Origin: Octopus sinensis
Taxonomy: Eukaryota
DNA: 64,000 nucleotides
NCBI RefSeq assembly: GCF_006345805.1
Contig: NC_042998.1
Span: 62,434,001-62,498,000 of the forward strand
Reading direction: 5' to 3'
Part shown: positions 12,030-24,646 of the stretch, piece after piece
Position numbering within the stretch: the stretch's first letter is position 1
Layout: every line of letters starts with the position of its first letter
Notes under the pieces: generated by a model
The model's input: only the letters and a program-made list of their open reading frames with translations
Databases searched by the model: none
What the model was told of the DNA's origin: nothing
Made by a program: the position numbers and the translations under genes

Positions 12030-12670
12030 CGTTTAACCCATTTGGCATCGTATAAATGAGTTCAGAAACAGTCTCCTGTCGAATTTCTGCCCAGGCTCTA
12101 CATAAAATATTGAACAAATCTGACTTTGGTGTTGGTTCTTGTGACGCTTTTCTGTCCAGTATGCCCCAAAGGTGTTCATATCAGAAGACTGGCTAGGCCA
12201 AGGAACTCTTCTGTTTCATCTTCCCACCTCTGATAGTCACGGGTGTGTTTGGCTGTGAGACTTGGGGCACCATCCTTCATAAATAAGGTAGAATTTTTTT
12301 TTAATCATCTGACCACTGGAGAAAATTGGGAGAAGTCCTTGTCGAAGAATGGAGATGTATTATGTTGCCAAAAAACTCCACCAGTTCTGAAAGGCCAGTG
12401 CTCCTGATTGCTTCCCACACCATCACTGAAAAACCGGCATAATTCGCAGTTGGTTGCAGCGATTTCAACCACACTCATGGTTAGGCAGTCTCCATCCCCA
12501 TGCACGTTCATTGTCAGAAAATTCGTACGAGAATATGACAGCTTCTTAGAACATCATGGATCTCTCTAGCACCTCGTTTACCCGTTCCTTTCTTTGGATA
12601 TTTACTGCCACCACAGTAGCTACGTTGATGGAGATACTTCACAGAAGTACTCCGGCTCTTTCGGAGTTGT
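12030..12670 (-). pseudogene. Decayed Tc1-like transposase fragment
   Basis: Minus strand AVIFS.., (V)[47 protein letters not shown]-like segments across frames. Confidence 0.65.
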
Positions 12671-12673
12671 TCT

Positions 12674-12948
12674 GCCTTGTGAGTGGATTTGGTAGACGGA
12701 AATTGAAAGAAGCCCGTCGTATAAATATATATATGTATTTGAGTGTCTGTGTTTGTCCTCACTACCATCGCTTGGCAACCGATGATGGTATGTTTACGTC
12801 CCCGTAACTTAGCTGTTCGGCTAAAGGACCTATAGAATAAGCACTAGGCTTACAAAGAATAAGTCCTGGGTCGATTTGTTCGACTAAAAGCGGTGCTCCA
12901 GCATGGCTGCAGTCAAAAAACTGAAACAAGTAAAAGAATAAAAGAATA
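12674..12948 (+). mobile_element. SINE family A, 5'-truncated
   Basis: GCCTTGTGAGTGGATTTGGTAGACGG...AACAAGTAAAAGAATAAAAG. Confidence 0.8.
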
Positions 12949-13115
12949 CACACACACACATATAGACACTTTATTTGTTAACAAGACTACCAACGGCTTC
13001 ATGAAAAGAGGTATGTTTTAAAAATTACCACACCTGCTACATGGGAACGTTGGTACTCATTGCCAATTTAGATGAGAATACACGAAGTTACATGTGTGTG
13101 TGTGTGTGTGTGTGT

Positions 13116-13417
13116 GGAGGCGCAATGGCCCAGTGGTTAGAGCAGTGGACTCACGGTAATAGGATCCCGGTTTCGATTCCCAGACCGGGCGTTGTGAGTT
13201 TTTATTGAGCGAAAACACCTAAACCTCCACGAGGCTCCGTCAGGGGGTGGTGGTGATCCCTGCTGTACTCTTTCGCCACAACTCTCTCTCACTCTTCTGT
13301 TGGCCTGCTTGCTTAGCCAGCGGAGTGGCGTTATTTGAAGGCTAAAACAATGCGAAGCGCATTGTGACCAGCGATGTGTAGCAGCATCTGATAGCCTAGT
13401 CGCTCACAGTGATCATG

Positions 13418-13420
<3 letters not shown>
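13116..13420 (+). mobile_element. SINE family C
   Basis: GGAGGCGCAATGGCCCAGTGGTTAGAGCAG head; tail GGCTAAAACAATGCGAAGCGCATTGTGACCAGCG. Confidence 0.85.
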
Positions 13421-13457
<37 letters not shown>

Positions 13458-13708
13458 CACACGCATATATAGAATATGAGGAGTTTAGTTTACTGGTGAT
13501 CTAAACGAATAGGTACGCTGAGTAAGTATTCTAAAAGGTCATCCGTGAGAATCAAAGTTCACAGCTGAGGGTTGAACTAGGGATCTGTATTGGGCTTCCG
13601 TAATAGCTGGTATATATTAGAGGAAAAGGATAACAAAAAACTACCTTACCCTAAATTATTATAATTAACTTGAGATACTCGTCCAACTTTGGCTTTTGTT
13701 GTCCATTT

Positions 13709-13752
<44 letters not shown>

Positions 13753-13866
13753 GTAGGCTCGAAACGTAAAAGACTTTTTCTATTCCTGAGCGTTATACTA
13801 ATACATCTGTTTGTTTCGTACACCACCTGTCCTCCTCCTTTGCTTTTTTCGTAAACACTCTCCCTA
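13753..13866 (+). mobile_element. 5'-truncated copy of the short PLE-derived repeat, in (TA)n
   Basis: GTAGGCTCGAAACGTAAAAGACTTTTTCTATTCCTGAGCGTTATACTAATAC identical to 51679 onward. Confidence 0.7.
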
Positions 13867-13869
13867 TAT

Positions 13870-14066
13870 ATATATATATATATTATATATGTACACACAC
13901 ACCACACATATATATTATATGTACACACACACATATATATATATATATGTAATATATCTATATATATACATATAAATATATATATGTATATATTTATATA
14001 TATTTACTTACATATACACACATACATATAGATACATAGATACCTACATACATATATATACGGACA

Positions 14067-14103
<37 letters not shown>

Positions 14104-14242
14104 CATATATTATATATATATATGTATATATATCTATATATATACATATAAATATATATATGTATATATTATATATATTTACTTACATATACACACATAC
14201 ATATAGATACATAGATACCTACATACATATATATACGGACAA

Positions 14243-14275
<33 letters not shown>

Positions 14276-14325
14276 CATATATATATATATATATAATATG
14301 TATACACGTATATATATATATATAT
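13870..14325. repeat. TA/CA low-complexity tract containing a roughly 185-bp tandem duplication
   Basis: TATTTACTTACATATACACACATACATATAGATACATAGATACCTACATAC...CGGACAA occurs at about 14000 and about 14175. Confidence 0.85.
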
Positions 14326-14326
14326 A

Positions 14327-15169
14327 AGGGTTTTTTCCTTGTGTAGTTGTCTTGTACTCAGTTTTTTCGTTGTTAAAAAATGGTCCGTTCCATGCTGTTT
14401 TTACGTTTTCGTTTCTCGTTGAGTTCTACGTCTATTTGTGGTGTCCTGTACACACGTATATATATTTATATATGCATGTATATATACATGTAGATGTAGG
14501 TACGTACAAATATGTTTGTATGTATGCATATATTTTATTTATTACACTATTGTATGACTGAGCGCCTTCGCGTCGATTCGATTCGATTCGTTTGGTTGGT
14601 GTTCGTTTCTTTCTTCTTTCTCTAAGCTGGTTTTTATATATAATTATGACGCGAAACTCTATAACTCCTTCTTCCTCTCTTCTTTCACCCTCTTTTGCTT
14701 CCTTCCTCTCTATCTCTCTCACTCCTCCTCATCTCTCTCACAGCCGGGTCTACGAACTTCCTTTCGCTGGCGGCCTTATTCAAGTAAACATGTTTCTTCC
14801 TGCGCTCGTGAAAAAAATTTTTTTCCTCGTCTAGCCTTATAGGCCCTCTTTATTTGTTTTCCTGTCCTGTTTCTATTCCTTCTTGTACTGAATTTTTTGT
14901 AATTGTATTTTTATTTTGTATTTGTTTTTAATTGTATTGTTTTTACGTCCTGTTTTTGTCACATTTTTTCCCTTGTTTTTACCCCTCTGCAAAGGAATTT
15001 TATTTAATTCCTTCGCAGGAAGGACTAGTTCGACGAGACGTGTTCTGTCCTCACCTTTGAAACACGCTGGAATTGAACTAGGGACAGCTGATGAAGGGGT
15101 TTTTTCCTTGTGTAGTTGTCTTGTACTCTGTTTTTTCGTTGTTAAAAAATGGTCCGTTCCATGCTGTTT
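14327..15169 (+). mobile_element. Non-coding element with about 75-bp direct terminal repeats, TA-flanked (pseudo-LTR-like)
   Basis: AAGGG(G)TTTTTTCCTTGTGTAGTTGTCTTGTACTC..GGTCCGTTCCATGCTGTTT at 14327-14400 and 15095-15169. Confidence 0.7.
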
Positions 15170-15564
15170 ATATATATATATACATATGAGTGTGTGTAAA
15201 CATATACGGAAACATACACTCTTCACTCGATTATACACATGAAAACATTTTTTTAATGAGCTATCACAGAAAACAATGCAAAAATAAATAATTTTTCTTT
15301 CTTGAAAACAGACGACAGACAAGTTAAAAAACATCTATCTTCATATTACAGCGACATGAATACAGTTTAAGTGATTCTTATAACAATTCACAGAAGCGTT
15401 TCAAAGGAATTTCTATTGTTCTTCAAAATAGAGTGAATACTGAAAGGTGGATGGCTGCAAGTTGTTGACCTTTTGAATTCCATTCCACTTCACTCATTGA
15501 TATTACGTTTTCGACAATAAACGTATTTTATTCAACAACGGTTCTAAGTTCTGCCTGCGCTATA

Positions 15565-15592
15565 TGTGCATATGTACATATATCTTTATACA

Positions 15593-15623
<31 letters not shown>

Positions 15624-15650
15624 GTATATATATATATAATACATACACAA

Positions 15651-15698
<48 letters not shown>

Positions 15699-15894
15699 TA
15701 TATATATATATATCTATATATATATATGTATGTATATATATGTAGAATAAATATACATATAAATATATGTAATGCCCACAAATGTACACACTGATAGTTT
15801 TACACACATACATTTTTGAACATGCATATACCCATTCACTCACACGTATATATACTCGCTCATATACACATATTTTCATATACTAAAAAAAATA

Positions 15895-15960
<66 letters not shown>

Positions 15961-16190
15961 TTATTATACATACATATAGATATATACATATATATAACAT
16001 ATATATCCTGTATCTATATAATCATATAGTTATAAACATATGTATATATATATATTTATATACCTAAATGTAAATAATGTATACATAATGTAAAATTATA
16101 TGAATATATACATAGACATATATACACGAAAACATACACACACAAACACACACACACACAAAACACACACACACACATACACACACACAA
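15565..16190. repeat. Compound (TACA)/(TA)/(CA) microsatellite field
   Basis: Direct reading. Confidence 0.9.
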
Positions 16191-16699
16191 TAGTTAAGAT
16201 ACGACAATATTTTCCATCATAAACAAGTGGCTTTCAAGTTGACATTTTCCTATCATTCTTCTTAGAAATCAAAAATTACCTACTTTTATTTTTTTGCCAT
16301 CTAAGCTCCCAACTTGCTTCTGTATTTTTTTTTCTTCTGCTTATTGTCTTCACGCATTCTCAAACAATTACATCTTCCGCTCTATATTTCCCCCCCTCCT
16401 GCCCCATCTTCTTCTATATACGCGCACCTGTAGATATACGCGTATACATGTGTATGTATTCGTGTGCATGAGTGTGCATATGCCTACACAATATACACAC
16501 ACATATGTGTATATGAGTGAGTATGTATGCGTGTTTGTTTGTATGTATGTATATTTGTATGTACGTATGCATGTATGTTTGTTTGTATGTATGTACGTAT
16601 GTACGTACGTATGTATATTCGTGTATATATATCCGGGTATACAGGTATTCTTTCTAGCTGTAGTCTTCAGAATACCTATTTCCCATCTTGATTCTCTTA

Positions 16700-17690
16700 T
16701 CTTCATTCTTCTCCTTCTCCTCTTCCTCACCTCTCCCTCCTCTTCCCCCCTCTCTACTCTCCACCTCTCCCTCCTCTTCCCCCTCTACTCTCCACCTCTC
16801 CCTCCTCTTCCCCCCTCTCTACTCCTCACCTCTCCCTCCTCCACGCCTCTCTCTCATCCTCACCCCTCCCTCCTCTTCCCCTCTCTCTACTCCTCACCTC
16901 TTTCCCTCCTCCACGCCTCTCTCTACTCCTCACCTATCTCTCCTTTTCACCTCTCCCTCCTCCTCACCTCTCCCTCCTCCACGCCTCTCTCTCTTCCTCA
17001 CCTCTCCCTCCTCTTCCCCTCTCTCTACTCCTCACCTCTCCCTCCTCCTCACCTCTCCCTCCTCCTCATCTCTGCCTCCTCCACGCCTCTCCCTCCTCCT
17101 CAACTATCCCTCCTCTTCACCTCTCCCTCCTCCTACACATGTCTCCCTCCTCCGCACCTCTCCCCCTCCTCATCTCTCACTCCTCCTCACATTTCCTTCC
17201 TCCTCTTCACCTCTTTCTACTCCTCCTCTTCCTCCTGCTCACATCTCTCTCCTTCTCCTTACCTCTCCCCTCCTCCCCCTCCACATTATCTCTCCCCACC
17301 TCACCTCTCTACTTCCTCACATTGCCTCTTCCTCCTCCACCATCCTATGCCTCCTCTTCTTTATCCTCCCTCCTCCTCGTCCTTCCCCTCCTCCCTGTCC
17401 TTCTCTCATTCCCCCATCCCCACCAATCCCCCCTCCTCCCCCTCCTCCCCCCCGTCCTTCCCCTTCCAGTCCTTTCCCTCCCCACCCTTCCCCTCTACCA
17501 CTCCTTTCCCGCTACCCCTACACGTTCCTTCATCCATCTTCCTTCCACTCGTCCTATCCCATCCTCCCCTCCCTCTCCCCCTTTCTCCTCCTCCTCCTCC
17601 TCAACTTCCACGTCCCTTCCTCTCTCCTCTTCTGCATACAGTTCCTCATTCCTCAACAAATAGCTTTACCTGCTTAATTCCTCACTTTTT
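16700..17690. repeat. About 1-kb polypyrimidine (CT-rich) degenerate minisatellite
   Basis: Recurrent CTCCTCACCTCTCCCTCCTC(TTCCCC/CACGCCT)CTCTCTA units. Confidence 0.9.
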
Positions 17691-17757
17691 ACTCTTCTTC
17701 TTCTTCTTCTTCTTCTACTACTACTACTACTACTACTGCTGCTACTACTACTACTGT

Positions 17758-17806
<49 letters not shown>

Positions 17807-17830
17807 GCTACTACTACTACTGCTACTACT
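17690..17830. repeat. (TTC)n-(TAC)n compound trinucleotide repeat
   Basis: Direct reading. Confidence 0.95.
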
Positions 17831-18052
17831 TGTTCTTATATCCTCCCCCACCCTGTCTCACTCTCATCTCCTTTCCTCAATATAACCTCTTCCTCACATC
17901 ACTGATTGGTCCGATTGCATTTCGGTCAGCCATATTTGATTATCTGAATTTCTCACATTTTATCTTTTGTAGTCGTATAATGTTCAAAATGTGCACTTGC
18001 TTCTGCCTCAGATGCATTCATTTATAATATACAATGAATATATGTATATATG

Positions 18053-18100
<48 letters not shown>

Positions 18101-18369
18101 ATATATAATATATATATATTATGTATGTATATATATATATATATATAATGTGTGTGTGTGTGTGCGTGTGTGCGCGTGTGTGAATAGAGAAAGTTTGAGA
18201 GTGAGAGGAGGGAGGAGGGATACATACACACGCATATGTATATCAGAATCTATATTTGAAGTATATATGTATATAAACACATAAACACACATATGTAATA
18301 CACACACACATATAATTAGAGGGTAGATGAGCTTTATACTGTACTCCGCCACGTTTCTAACGGAATACC

Positions 18370-18370
18370 A

Positions 18371-18405
<35 letters not shown>

Positions 18406-18406
18406 A

Positions 18407-18439
<33 letters not shown>

Positions 18440-18600
18440 CTATCTAACTATCTATCATCTGTCTATCTATATCTATCTATCTATCTATCTATCTATCTTC
18501 TATCTATCTATCTATCTGTCTGTCTGTCTATCTATCTATTATTCTATCTATCTATCTATCTATCTACTATCTATCTATCTATCTATCTATCTATCCACCT
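18370..18600. repeat. (ATCT)n microsatellite
   Basis: Direct reading. Confidence 0.95.
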
Positions 18601-18625
18601 ATGTATGTATATATGTATGTATGTA

Positions 18626-19270
18626 ATTTACAAGATAAGTGCAAAAGAAAAATTCTTTTGCACTTATGCCAAATATGCCGAAAAAAAGACAAATTGTCAA
18701 TAACCATTATAATTTATGCGTCTCGAAACAAACTGATAGAAATTTCTAAAAAATCCGTTATTACCGCATTGGTCCCAATTTCGGGGTTAATTCATGAGAA
18801 TTTTCCCCTCTTCAACGATAAATACGTGAGATATAAGTGAAATATTTACTCATACCCATGGAAAAAGCAAGCACTAAGTCCTGTGCAGACCTAAGTACCC
18901 CAAATATATCCAAAATAGAAAATCTTCGGCACATCTCGAGACAAATGTGATTCGAACTAGAAACTTTCACAGAGTGAGAGAATCCGGAAGTGAACACTAT
19001 TCAATTTATAACTAATGTAGAATAAAATGTTTTTCGGGAAAAATTTTTTATCAATGGCCAGCATATCCAAAAATACCTTTAAAGGTTAAATTTATAAATA
19101 ATTTACAAGATAAGGGCAAAAGAAAAATTCTAATGCCAAATATGCCGAAAAAAAGACAAATTGTCAATAACCATTATAATTTATGCGTCTCGAAACAAAC
19201 CGATAGAAATTTCTAAAAAATCCGTTATTACCGTATTGGTCCCAATTTCGGGGTTAATTCATAAGAATTT
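18626..19270 (-). mobile_element. Partial tandem (about 1.35 copies) of a 475-bp unit; related copy at 33287-33830
   Basis: ATTTACAAGATAAG(T/G)GCAAAAGAAAAATTC starts at 18626 and 19101; reverse-complement homologue at 33350-33830. Confidence 0.75.
18768..18819 (-). ncRNA. Degenerate hammerhead-like motif
   Basis: Minus strand AUCG-UUGAAGA-GGGG(18 nt)CCCC-GAAAU-UG-GGA-CCAAU. Confidence 0.35.
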
Positions 19271-19878
19271 ATCCAGTTTCGCACTGGGGTCGATGTAATC
19301 GACTTAATCCCTTCGTCTGTCCTTGTTTGTTCCCTCTATGTTTAGCCCTTTGTGGGCAGTAAAGAAGTATATGTATATATATATATATATATATCCAATG
19401 TGTGTATATATCCAAATTATATATAAGCTAATATATATGTAATATACCCGTATGTGTGTTCAAGTGTGTACATAAATGTGTACGCACAAACATACATATA
19501 TACATGCACATATATATATGGCATTTATATAAACTTGTCTATGTGAAAATACGTGCATGCGTGCATGTGTGCAGACATACTTAGATATTTTCTTACAGCA
19601 GTCTCGGATGTAGGAATGCTGATTAATTATAAATACATGTGGCTATAAAAAAGTTAAAGTAGTGCCCATACATCCATGTTTGCGCAATAATGGCAGCCAT
19701 GTTTACTTTTATAACTCAATATTCTCCGACTTTCAATTTCATGTTACAGACGTGTCATTCTCTGTGTTAAAATTATCTGTGCACGTACATTCCTGCGAGC
19801 GCGCACATACGCGCACATACACACGTACATACACAAACACAGACTCACATATGCATATATATATGCCTATATATATAC

Positions 19879-19920
<42 letters not shown>

Positions 19921-20189
19921 AAATGTATGTACTGTATAGTTGTACATATACTATAAAAATATAGTAGATATACCTATGTATATTTTTACATACATATAAA
20001 TACACACGCAGGATATATCTGTACACGTGTATATATGTATATGCATGTATTTATGCATATATATTGAGCAAGCGAGCGAGCGAGAGAGAGAGATAGATAG
20101 AGAGAGAGAGAACGAGAAAGAGAGAGAGAGAAACAGAGAGAGAAAGTGAGGCATATGTTCATATATGTGTATATATTTCTATCACTTTG

Positions 20190-20531
<342 letters not shown>

Positions 20532-20865
20532 TAACTGTTTTTCCGTATTCTTAGCAGTTTCCAATATCTAGAACTTAAATCTAACTTCTTGCAAAGCTAA
20601 CAACAAGACACCTTCATACGTGTTCTGTAAATATTAGCTGTTACTCACATATTCTGTGACCTCCCTGTGATTTTACTGTCACTAGACTCAGTTCTTCCTT
20701 ACCATGTGTTAAATACATTTTTTCACAACCATGGATAAAGATCTTTCATCTCTTTTTTTTTTTGGCATCCATTTTTCCTACATCTACAGTGTTGATAAAA
20801 ATAAAAGAAAAACAAAACAAGTAAAACACAAATTGTAAGTTCCTTAATGCATGTGTGTTGTGTGT

Positions 20866-20911
<46 letters not shown>

Positions 20912-21088
20912 GCATACATATATATATATACGTATGTATGTATATCTATATCTATACCTATATGTATGTATATATGTATGTATGTATCTATCTATCTATA
21001 TTTACACACACATATATATATACATACCTGCATACGCATATATATATATATACATACATGCATCCATATATATATATATACATATACG

Positions 21089-21119
<31 letters not shown>

Positions 21120-21271
21120 TATGTATGTATATATATATACCTGTATATACATATTTTTTTTTCAACCACTAATATTCATCATCAGCAGCAGCAGCAGTTG
21201 TAGTAGCAGCAGCAATATCACTAGGAGGGAAGTTAAGAGAGGGTGGGAAGGGGAGAGAATAGAGAGATATC

Positions 21272-22643
21272 CGGTATCAGAACAGGCCTCTTCAGAACAA
21301 AACAGGCCTCTTCATCCTGCTCCAAAAAATCGGATGTCCACCAAAACTGCTGAGGATCATCAAGTCTTTCCATGATGACATGCAAGGCACCATACAGCAC
21401 AACGGTTCAACATTAGCCGCCTTCCAAATAAAAAACGGGGTAAAGCAAGGCTGTGTCCTCGCTCCTACATTGTTTGGCATCTTCTCGCTCTTACTTTCAC
21501 ATGCCTTTCAGACATCAGATGATGGAGTGTTTCTGCACAGTAGAAGTGACGGGAAACTGTTCAATCTCTCGCGCCTGCTTGCAAGGCCAAAATCAGAAAC
21601 GTCCGGATCAAGGAGATGTTATTTGCTGATGATGCCGCTCTGGTAACACACACAGAAGAAGCCCTCCAAAGGCTCATTAACTGTTTTGAGCAAGCATGTA
21701 ACGACTTTGGCTTAGCTATCAGCCTTAAGAAGACCAACATCATGGGCCAGGCTACATCGGACATCCCAAACATACATATTGGAGACCACAGATTACAAGA
21801 GGTGCAGAAGTTTACCTATCTGGGCTCTACCGTCACCTACAACCTATCCCTTGACGCTGAGCTCAATATACGCATTGGCAAGGCAGCTGCTGCGATGGCC
21901 CAACACTCCAAACGGGCTTGGGACAACAATAAGCTGACCAAGACCACGAAAATGAAGATCTACCAGGCATGTGTACTCAGCACTCTACTGTATGGAAGCG
22001 AGACCTGGATGCTATACATACGCCAAGAGCGTCGCCTAAACATCTTTCACCTGCGCTGCCTCCGAAAAATCCTCCGCATCAAATGGCAGAATCATATCCC
22101 CAATAAAGATGTCCTCAGGCAAGCAGGAATACCAAGCACGTTTGCACTCCTCACACAAAGACGTATGAGATGGCTTGGGCATGTTAGCCGTATGAAAGAT
22201 GGCAGAATCCCCAAGGACATACTCTACGGAGAGCTTGCTAGGGGTACTAGGTCTGTGGGTAAACCGATCTTACGTTACAAGGATGTTTGCAAAAGGGATA
22301 TGAAGGCCTGCAACATCAATATTAGCGGTTGGGAGGCAGTTGCTGGCAACCGTGGAGAATGGCGACGTACAGTAAAATAGGGAATACAAAAGAGTGACAG
22401 GGAGAGAGAGGAGAAATGGAAAGAAAGGAAGAGACGTAAACAAGAGACTATGGCACTACAACCAGTCAGGAACAGTCTTCGCTACATTTGCGGTACCTGC
22501 CAGAGGGAGTGTTTGTCCAGGATAGGAATACACAGCCACAGCAGGAAATGTATCAGGACATGAAATATAAAAGCCGGACTAGACTACTTCATGCGCAACT
22601 CCATTGTCTCCCGAGACAGAAAGGATGCCAATACAATACAATA
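21272..22643 (+). mobile_element. 5'-truncated RTE-clade (BovB-like) LINE
   Basis: LQKIGCPPKLL..SFHDDMQG, GVKQGCVLAPTLF, MLFADDAALV (RT core), thumb RWLGHVSRM, C-terminal CxxC zinc finger (YICGTCQRECLSRIGIHSHSRKC), 3' UTR hairpin and (AATAC)n tail; frameshifts and stops present. Confidence 0.95.
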
Positions 22644-22715
22644 TACATATGTATATGTGTATATGTTTCTGTGTCATATGTATAAAGATATGCCTGCCTG
22701 TAACTACACGCGATA

Positions 22716-22761
<46 letters not shown>

Positions 22762-22764
22762 ATA

Positions 22765-22802
<38 letters not shown>

Positions 22803-22803
<1 letters not shown>

Positions 22804-23113
22804 GAAGGGAAGAAATGGAGCTGAACGAAGATTCTACGATTCCTTTTATTATTTTCTACACATGTTTCAAAGGCCGCAAATTTCCAAATTCGGATTGAAT
22901 AAGGAGACCATTTTGCAGCTTTCTCTTCAGGAAAATCCAGGAATTTAAATCTCCAAACAAATGCGCAGCAAGCAATTCGAACAAAACGCTCCTTAGGAGC
23001 CCATGGAATGGCACAAACTGTCTCTCAATGTGCGTTGACGTCAGCGGGGTGGAGGCCGACGAAAAAGTCCGTTGGAATAAATCGAGGTAACAAGATAATT
23101 CATTTATCCATTT

Positions 23114-23117
<4 letters not shown>
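22803..23117 (-). mobile_element. About 315-bp TA-flanked non-coding element carrying a hammerhead ribozyme
   Basis: Bounded by (TA)n on both sides; homologous to 35169-35709. Confidence 0.75.
22851..22936 (-). ncRNA. Type I hammerhead ribozyme with long stem II
   Basis: Minus strand AUUUUC-CUGAAGA-GAAAGCUGCAAA(31 nt)UUUGCGGCCUUU-GAAAC-AUGU-GUA-GAAAAU. Confidence 0.75.
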
Positions 23118-23175
<58 letters not shown>

Positions 23176-23387
23176 GCGTGTGTGTATGTGTGCGCGCGTG
23201 AGTATATACATGTACATGTACATATGTATACACACACATATTAAGACATTTTCACATATGCGTTTCTTACAGCGTATATATATGTTCTATAATGTCTATT
23301 TGTATTTGTATGTGTGAATGAGTATAACTTTCTTAGGTATATCTTATATATGATGTGGGTATTTTACGAATAATATTTGTATAACTG

Positions 23388-24190
23388 AAGGCGGCGAGCT
23401 GGCAGAAACGTTAGCACGCCGGGAGAAATGCGTAGCCGTATTTCGTCTGCCGTTACGTTCTGAGTTCAAATTCCGCCGAGGTCGACTTTGCCTTTCATCC
23501 TTTCGGGGGCGATAAATTAAGTACCATTTACGCACTGGGGTCGATATAATCGACTTAATTCGTTTGTCTGTCCTTGTTTGTCCTCTCTGTGTTTAGCCCC
23601 TTGTAGGTAGTAAAAAAAAAAAAGGTATTTCATCTGCCTTTACGCTCTGAGTTCAAATTCCGCCGAGGTCGACTTTGTCTTTCATCCTTTCGGGGTGGAT
23701 AAATTAAGTTGCGTACTGGGGTCGATCTAATCGACTGGCCCCACCCCGAAAATTTCGGGCCTTGTTTCTAGAGTAGAACAGAATTGATAGCACGCCTGGA
23801 AAAATATTTAGTGGCGTTGCATCTATCATTACGTTCTGAGTTCAAATTCCGCTGAGGTCGACTTTGCCTTTTATCCTTTCGGGATCGATAAAATAAGTAC
23901 CAATTGACGTATCCCCTTCTTCCGAAATTGTTGGCTTCGTACCAAAATTTGAAATGAAAATCTTTTTATAAATTAATGTGACAAGCACGCCGGACAAAAT
24001 GTTTTGCAACATGTTTTCCGATTTAAGTTCTGAGTTCAAATGTTGCCGACCTCAACTTTGTCTCTCCTCCTTTCGTCGGTGGGGGGTGGATTGAAAAAGC
24101 CAAGAAGAAATCCAGAAACGGGGATCAATGCAACCGACTTACCCCTTGTGCAACCGACTTACCCCTTGTGCAACCGACTTGCTAGCCTAG
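23388..24190 (+). mobile_element. Tandem array of SINE family B units (two well conserved, two degenerate)
   Basis: TTCTGAGTTCAAAT(T)CCGC..GAGGTCGACTTTG recurs at about 23460, 23645, 23835 and 24030; ends in a 20-bp x2.6 repeat at 24129-24180. Confidence 0.8.
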
Positions 24191-24478
24191 TGCCAAAATT
24201 TAAAAAACGATATTTTTGTGAATTGATTTATAAATACACACACGCGCACGCGCATGCACACGCATACACACACACGCACATGTAAATTTAAAAGGTTCAT
24301 GCTCACACACACACACACATGTAAATTTATAGGCTCATACTCACACACATACACACGCGCACACATATATATTTATAGGTTCATACTCACACACACATAG
24401 AGACACACACGCACATGTAAAGTTTCAGGTTCATTTTCACACACACAAATATACGCATTACGCACTCTCTCACGCACG

Positions 24479-24524
<46 letters not shown>

Positions 24525-24646
24525 TCCTTACCTACATACGACCTGTGTCTTATCTACAAATTCTAAATTTACATATCTCAAACTATTAATTGAATCACTA
24601 TTATTGCGAGCGATTTGATATCAATATCGACATTATTATTATTATT

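Noticed and set aside
13116-13190. tRNA-like sequences at SINE heads (also 210, 4282, 49233 and others)
   Set aside because: They have A/B boxes but continue into SINE bodies and lack a complete cloverleaf; not tRNA genes.
16644-16676. Minus strand GGUAUU-CUGAAGA-CUA(CAGC)UAG-AAAG-AAUACC
   Set aside because: Stem I and core are present but stem III and NUH are missing; may be a chance inverted repeat.
16294-18027. 577-aa ORF and overlapping 329-aa and 174-aa ORFs
   Set aside because: Read-through of CT-rich and trinucleotide repeats that cannot contain stop codons; no domain signal. The same applies to the many YI/CV/HT/MYVC-repeat ORFs across the window.
22856-23116. 86-aa minus-strand ORF in the HHR element
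   Set aside because: No recognisable domain, it overlaps the ribozyme, and the related copy at 35169-35709 has a different internal segment.
24129-24180. 20-bp direct repeats (CRISPR-like at a glance)
   Set aside because: Contiguous tandem copies with no spacers, derived from a SINE B tail; eukaryotic context.
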